From an uncultured Chloroflexia bacterium (GTDB lineage Bacteria; Chloroflexota; Anaerolineae; JAAYZQ01): a stretch of DNA of 64,000 nucleotides. Position 1 is the first letter of the stretch. Each line of letters opens with the position of its first letter. Below the pieces are notes generated by a model that saw only the letters and a list, made by a program, of their open reading frames with translations, ran no database searches and was not told where the DNA came from. Where the stretch lies: positions 96,001 through 160,000 of the forward strand of contig CAVOXA010000006.1 in the NCBI GenBank assembly GCA_963700285.1, read 5' to 3'. Below, in pieces: positions 60,186 to 64,000 of this stretch. A program made the translations under genes and the position numbers.

Positions 60186-61517
60186 TCAGATCTGCAAGCT
60201 GGCGTCCGCGATGTCCAGGGCGCCATCGATCACGGCCAAACCTTCGGCAATCTGATCAGCATCGATGCACAGGGGCGGCACGGCAAAGATCCAGTTCCAC
60301 TTGACAAAGGTGTAGAGCCCCTTTTCGCAAAGATAGCGCGCGACCTCGGGCATGGGGCCGAGCTCAGAGGACTTGGCGTTCCAGGGGGCCAGCGGTTCGC
60401 GCGTCTCCCGGTCCTTGACCAGCTCCAGGATCCAAAAGAGCCCGATGCCCCGCACATCGCCGACACTGGGATGCCGTGCCTTGAGGTCGGCCAGCCCCTC
60501 AGCCATCACCGCGCCCATCCGCCGCGCATTCTCCAGCAGATTGTCTTCCTGGTAGACCTGGAGCGCAGCAATGCCTGCCGCGCAGGACATGGGGTGGCCA
60601 CTGTAGGTCAGCCCACCCCAGAAGACCTGGTCCTCAAAGTACCGGGCGATCTTGTCCGAGACGATGACGGCCCCCAGCGGCAGATAGCCCGAGGTGATGC
60701 CCTTGGCCGTGGTGATGATGTCGGGCACGACGCCCCAGTTGTCAACGGCGAACCACTGGCCGGTCCGCCCAAAGCCGCTCATCACCTCGTCGGCGATGAG
60801 CAGGATGCCATAGCGGTCGCAGAGATCGCGCAGGCGAGGCCAATAGTCGTCGGGCGGCACGATGATGCCGTTGGTGCCGGTCACTCCCTCGGCCAGGATG
60901 GCGGCCACGTTCTCTGGTCCTTCAAACTGTACCACCTGCTCGATGTGGCTGATGCACTCGCGGGCGCAGGTCTCTGGCTCCTGGCCAAAGACGCAGCGGT
61001 AGCAGTGGGGGTCAAAGACACGCACGATGCCGGGGATGCCCGGTTCGATGGGCAGGCGGCGCGGGTCACCGCTGGCACTCATGGCCCCGTAGGTCGCGCC
61101 GTGGTAGGAGCGATAGCGGGTGATGATCTTGTTGCGGCCGGTAGCCAGGCGGGCGATCTTGATGGCGTTTTCTGTGGCCTCCGCCCCGCCCAGCGTGAAA
61201 AAGGTCTTGTTCAGGTCACCGGGCGCGATCTCGGCCAGCATCATGCCCAGCTCGCCCCGAGGTTGCGTGGCGAAGGACGGCGCCACGTAGGTCAGTTTGT
61301 CGGCCTGCGCCTTGATGGCTTCCACCACCCTGGCATTGCCGTGGCCGATGTTGACGTTCATCAACTGGGCCGAAAAGTCCAGGTAGCGCTTGCCATCGGC
61401 ATCCCAGAGATAGACGCCCTCCGCCCGGTCAATGGGAATGGGGTTCACCGCCCCCTGGCTCGCCCAGGCAAAAAACGTGTATTCCCGGTTCATACAAATA
61501 ATCTCTGCGTTGTCCAT
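60186..61517 (-). CDS. Class III (omega-amino acid) aminotransferase
   Basis: GKRYLDF, GGAEATENA, SYHG, IADEVMSGFGRTG, AKGITSGY.PLG, GLTYSGHP. Confidence 0.95.
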   Translation of the reverse strand: MDNAEIICMNREYTFFAWASQGAVNPIPIDRAEGVYLWDADGKRYLDFSAQLMNVNIGHGNARVVEAIKAQADKLTYVAPSFATQPRGELGMMLAEIAPGDLNKTFFTLGGAEATENAIKIARLATGRNKIITRYRSYHGATYGAMSASGDPRRLPIEPGIPGIVRVFDPHCYRCVFGQEPETCARECISHIEQVVQFEGPENVAAILAEGVTGTNGIIVPPDDYWPRLRDLCDRYGILLIADEVMSGFGRTGQWFAVDNWGVVPDIITTAKGITSGYLPLGAVIVSDKIARYFEDQVFWGGLTYSGHPMSCAAGIAALQVYQEDNLLENARRMGAVMAEGLADLKARHPSVGDVRGIGLFWILELVKDRETREPLAPWNAKSSELGPMPEVARYLCEKGLYTFVKWNWIFAVPPLCIDADQIAEGLAVIDGALDIADASLQI

Positions 61518-61542
61518 TTGTAGCTCTCTTCTAACTCAGTAA

Positions 61543-61638
61543 GATCCTCCCGCGGGTTGCGTGCATTCGGCTTGGCACAAAATTGTGCGGGATCTGCCCA
61601 TAGCCACGCAGTTTCCACGGCAAACCCGCGGGAGGATC
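61543..61638. repeat. 16-bp perfect inverted repeat flanking 64 bp
   Basis: GATCCTCCCGCGGGTT ... AACCCGCGGGAGGATC. Confidence 0.7.
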
Positions 61639-61683
61639 GCTCCTTCATTTGTCAAGACCACTTGCTGCCGCCTGCCAGCCAGG

Positions 61684-62859
61684 TCACACTTTCCTGGTCA
61701 CCGAGACCTGGGTCGCGATGCCTCGCGCCTCCAGCTCGGCAAAGAAGGCATTGGGGTCTACGGACATCTCCGGCGGGAAGACGCCAGGGCCTGGTACGCG
61801 GCCGGCTGCCAGCCATTGGGCCACGATGGACGGACCCACGCCCGTAGGCAGCGAGCCAACCGGCGTCAGCGTGCCCAGCCGGTAGGTCACCTCTTGCCCA
61901 TCCTTTGTACCGGCTATCTCTGTGACGATTTCTTTGGTCCACCGAGTAGGATCCACAGCTTCCTGCAGGAAAGCATCCAGCGGCGGAACATAGTCGGCCA
62001 TGAGTTCCACCAGCAGCTCGCGCGGGTAGACCGGCGCACCCCGCAGTTGGACGGGTTCCGAACTGGCAAAACCCAGATCGGCCAGCAGCCGGACCTTGGC
62101 AAAGGCATCGGGGCTCATGCCCCAGTAGTTGATCTTGAAAAAGCACTCGCGCAGCCCCTTGTCAGCAAAAGAAATCGGCAGGGTGGCCACTTCCGAATGC
62201 AGCGAGAGGTGGCAGCGGAGCAGGCCAACCGGAGGCGTAAACCAGTAGTCCTCTTCGCCGGAGAGGGGCTCCTCCTCTACAAATTCGCCGCCGCGAAAGA
62301 CCATGGGCGGCATGATCAGCTCGTCGATGATGGTCGGGATGGCATAACCAAAGCGAATATCATCGCCCGGCGGAGGCAGGATACCATCGTAGATGCGGAT
62401 AGAATCCACCGTATCCAGGCGGTCGGCGGCATAGCGGGAGTGGACGTTGGGCACGCCCGGCGCGCTGCCCATGCCCAGCACCGCCGTCAGCCCCGCCGCA
62501 GCAAAGTCGTCGTGCAAGGCCAACTGCTTGCGGGTGTTGAAAAAGAGGCCGCCCATGTCCGTATAGTGCGTCCCGGCCTCCAGGCACGCTTGCATCACCT
62601 CCAGGTTGAAATAGTAGTGCACGGCGTTGAGCACGGCGTCCGCGCCACGCAGCACCGCGACCAGTCCATCCCGGTCAGTTACGTCAACTTCCTTGACCGA
62701 CACTTTGCCCCGTCCCACGGGCAGCAACGCCACCACCTTGTTTGCCAGCCCGGTATCGCGGTCGGCGATGATCACCTGCTCGACGCCATCACTGGCGGCC
62801 AGGTCCTTGACGGCGATGCGTCCCATCAGGCCCGCACCACCCAGCACGACGATCTTCAT
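61684..62859 (-). CDS. Saccharopine dehydrogenase-like oxidoreductase
   Basis: VLGGAGLMG, HYTDMGG, GMGSAPG, HSEVAT, PGVFPPE. Confidence 0.88.
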   Translation of the reverse strand: MKIVVLGGAGLMGRIAVKDLAASDGVEQVIIADRDTGLANKVVALLPVGRGKVSVKEVDVTDRDGLVAVLRGADAVLNAVHYYFNLEVMQACLEAGTHYTDMGGLFFNTRKQLALHDDFAAAGLTAVLGMGSAPGVPNVHSRYAADRLDTVDSIRIYDGILPPPGDDIRFGYAIPTIIDELIMPPMVFRGGEFVEEEPLSGEEDYWFTPPVGLLRCHLSLHSEVATLPISFADKGLRECFFKINYWGMSPDAFAKVRLLADLGFASSEPVQLRGAPVYPRELLVELMADYVPPLDAFLQEAVDPTRWTKEIVTEIAGTKDGQEVTYRLGTLTPVGSLPTGVGPSIVAQWLAAGRVPGPGVFPPEMSVDPNAFFAELEARGIATQVSVTRKV

Positions 62860-62897
62860 GAGTTGTTTCCTCCTTGTCTCATCTGTCTAGTGCTATT

Positions 62898-63809
62898 TCA
62901 CATCACTTTGTCCTGCAACACACCCCACACCTCATAGATCACCTTCAGCGCCGCAAACGAGGTGGCGTCCGATTGATCCAGGGGTGGCGATATCTCTACG
63001 ACGTCCATGGCCCGCACCGGCAGCTCCTGGGTGACGATGCGCATCAGCTCCAGCAGATCCCTCGTGCTGGGGCCGCCGCCTTCAGGGGTGCCGGTTCCGG
63101 GCGCGTAGGCTGGATCCAGACCATCGATGTCCAGCGTCACATAGACAGCCGGAACACCCCGCAGCCGCGCCACTACCTCTTTGGCAATGGCTTCGATGCC
63201 CCGGAGGTAGCACTGGCGGGCGGTATGGTAGGTCATGCCCGGGTACGCGGCCATCGACTCGCGGTCCTCCGGGCAGAAGCAGCGCACCCCGACAAAGACC
63301 ATGCGCCAGGGATCTGACCCGGCAAGTTCCAAGGCTCGCCGCTCCGAACAAGCGTGGGACCAAGGATTCCCATCATAAGTATCCCACAGGTCAAAGTGAG
63401 CGTCAAAATGCAGGATGCCAAAGGGTCCATCGACAACCCGGTCAAAGGCCCGCATCAGCGGGATGGTCACCGAGTGATCCCCGCCCAGGAACAGGGCAAG
63501 GGGGTGCTGCAGCGCCTCCACGGCTCGCTCTTCGACCATCGGCAGGTCCCGGGGCCAGGCCAGGTCGGACGGCACGTCGCCATAGTCCCGCACCCGTACC
63601 CGCAGTGGTTCTCCTTCTTCGGCGCTGGGCGCGAGCTGCAGCGTCAATTCGCGCAGCTTTGCAGGAGCTTGAGCCGCGCCAAGACGGTGCTGGGCTGCCC
63701 CATCGAATGGGATGCCCAGCACGCCGACCTCAGCGCCCGGATCCTCGCTGGCCAGCCCGCTCCACACGTCGTGGTGGTCATGAGCGACTGGTGCAGTCGC
63801 CTCTGTCAT
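62898..63809 (-). CDS. speB: Agmatinase/ureohydrolase
   Basis: GIPFD, GGDHS, DAHFD, DIDGLDP..APGTGTPE.GG, DVVE. Confidence 0.88.
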   Translation of the reverse strand: MTEATAPVAHDHHDVWSGLASEDPGAEVGVLGIPFDGAAQHRLGAAQAPAKLRELTLQLAPSAEEGEPLRVRVRDYGDVPSDLAWPRDLPMVEERAVEALQHPLALFLGGDHSVTIPLMRAFDRVVDGPFGILHFDAHFDLWDTYDGNPWSHACSERRALELAGSDPWRMVFVGVRCFCPEDRESMAAYPGMTYHTARQCYLRGIEAIAKEVVARLRGVPAVYVTLDIDGLDPAYAPGTGTPEGGGPSTRDLLELMRIVTQELPVRAMDVVEISPPLDQSDATSFAALKVIYEVWGVLQDKVM

Positions 63810-63830
63810 TTGTCCCCCCTTCGCGCAATC

Positions 63831-63928
63831 CAGACCTCGGAGGTGTGGTTTCGAGGTCAGGACCGCGACGATGCGCAGGCTCCAACCGGTGCAAGCAAAG
63901 CGCCTGCAACAGAGACCTCCGAGGTCTC
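63831..63928. repeat. AGACCTC.GAGGT palindromic repeats
   Basis: CAGACCTCGGAGGT at 63831 and GAGACCTCCGAGGTCTC at 63912. Confidence 0.5.
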
Positions 63929-63937
63929 GGGTTTCGC

Positions 63938-64000
63938 CTACAATTCTTCTACCTTCTCATGGATCTGGATCCCGCGCCGGGCCAGTTCCCGAAAAAAGAT
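63938..64000 (-). CDS. C-terminus of an upstream gene, probably a second saccharopine dehydrogenase-like paralog (partial)
   Basis: IFFRELARRGIQIHEKVEEL* resembles AFFAELEARGIATQ of 61684-62859. Confidence 0.55.
   Translation of the reverse strand: MFFRELARRGIQIHEKVEEL

Overview
GC-rich bacterial chromosome segment, most likely Chloroflexota (Anaerolineae-like); this is inferred from lineage-typical hypothetical proteins, a C-terminal YLPxxxR motif and the repeat families. From left to right: housekeeping and hypothetical genes with scpB; a 73-bp x6 REP-derived tandem array; a large minus-strand ABC-2/HlyD exporter region with two TetR regulators, into which a SAM methyltransferase and a fused HgcAB-like corrinoid/membrane/ferredoxin gene are inserted (top candidate for an undescribed system); a TetR-led beta-oxidation/ETF operon; threonine dehydratase, HAD hydrolase, aminotransferase and fadD; a liv branched-chain amino acid ABC operon; a 103-bp x16 REPIN-like tandem array; an unannotated UGA-recoded C-GCAxxG-C-C selenoprotein with a SECIS-like hairpin; a PAS/GAF NarX-NarL two-component set; a multicopper oxidase with six FN3 domains followed by a cupredoxin/DUF4418/ABC/polyferredoxin cluster; and a polyamine/amino-acid catabolic operon. 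Between about 33.4 kb and 59.7 kb most genes carry single-base frameshifts, probably consensus (long-read) errors rather than real pseudogenes. No rRNA, tRNA, CRISPR array or transposase was recognised. All product calls come from motif recognition by eye, with no database search.
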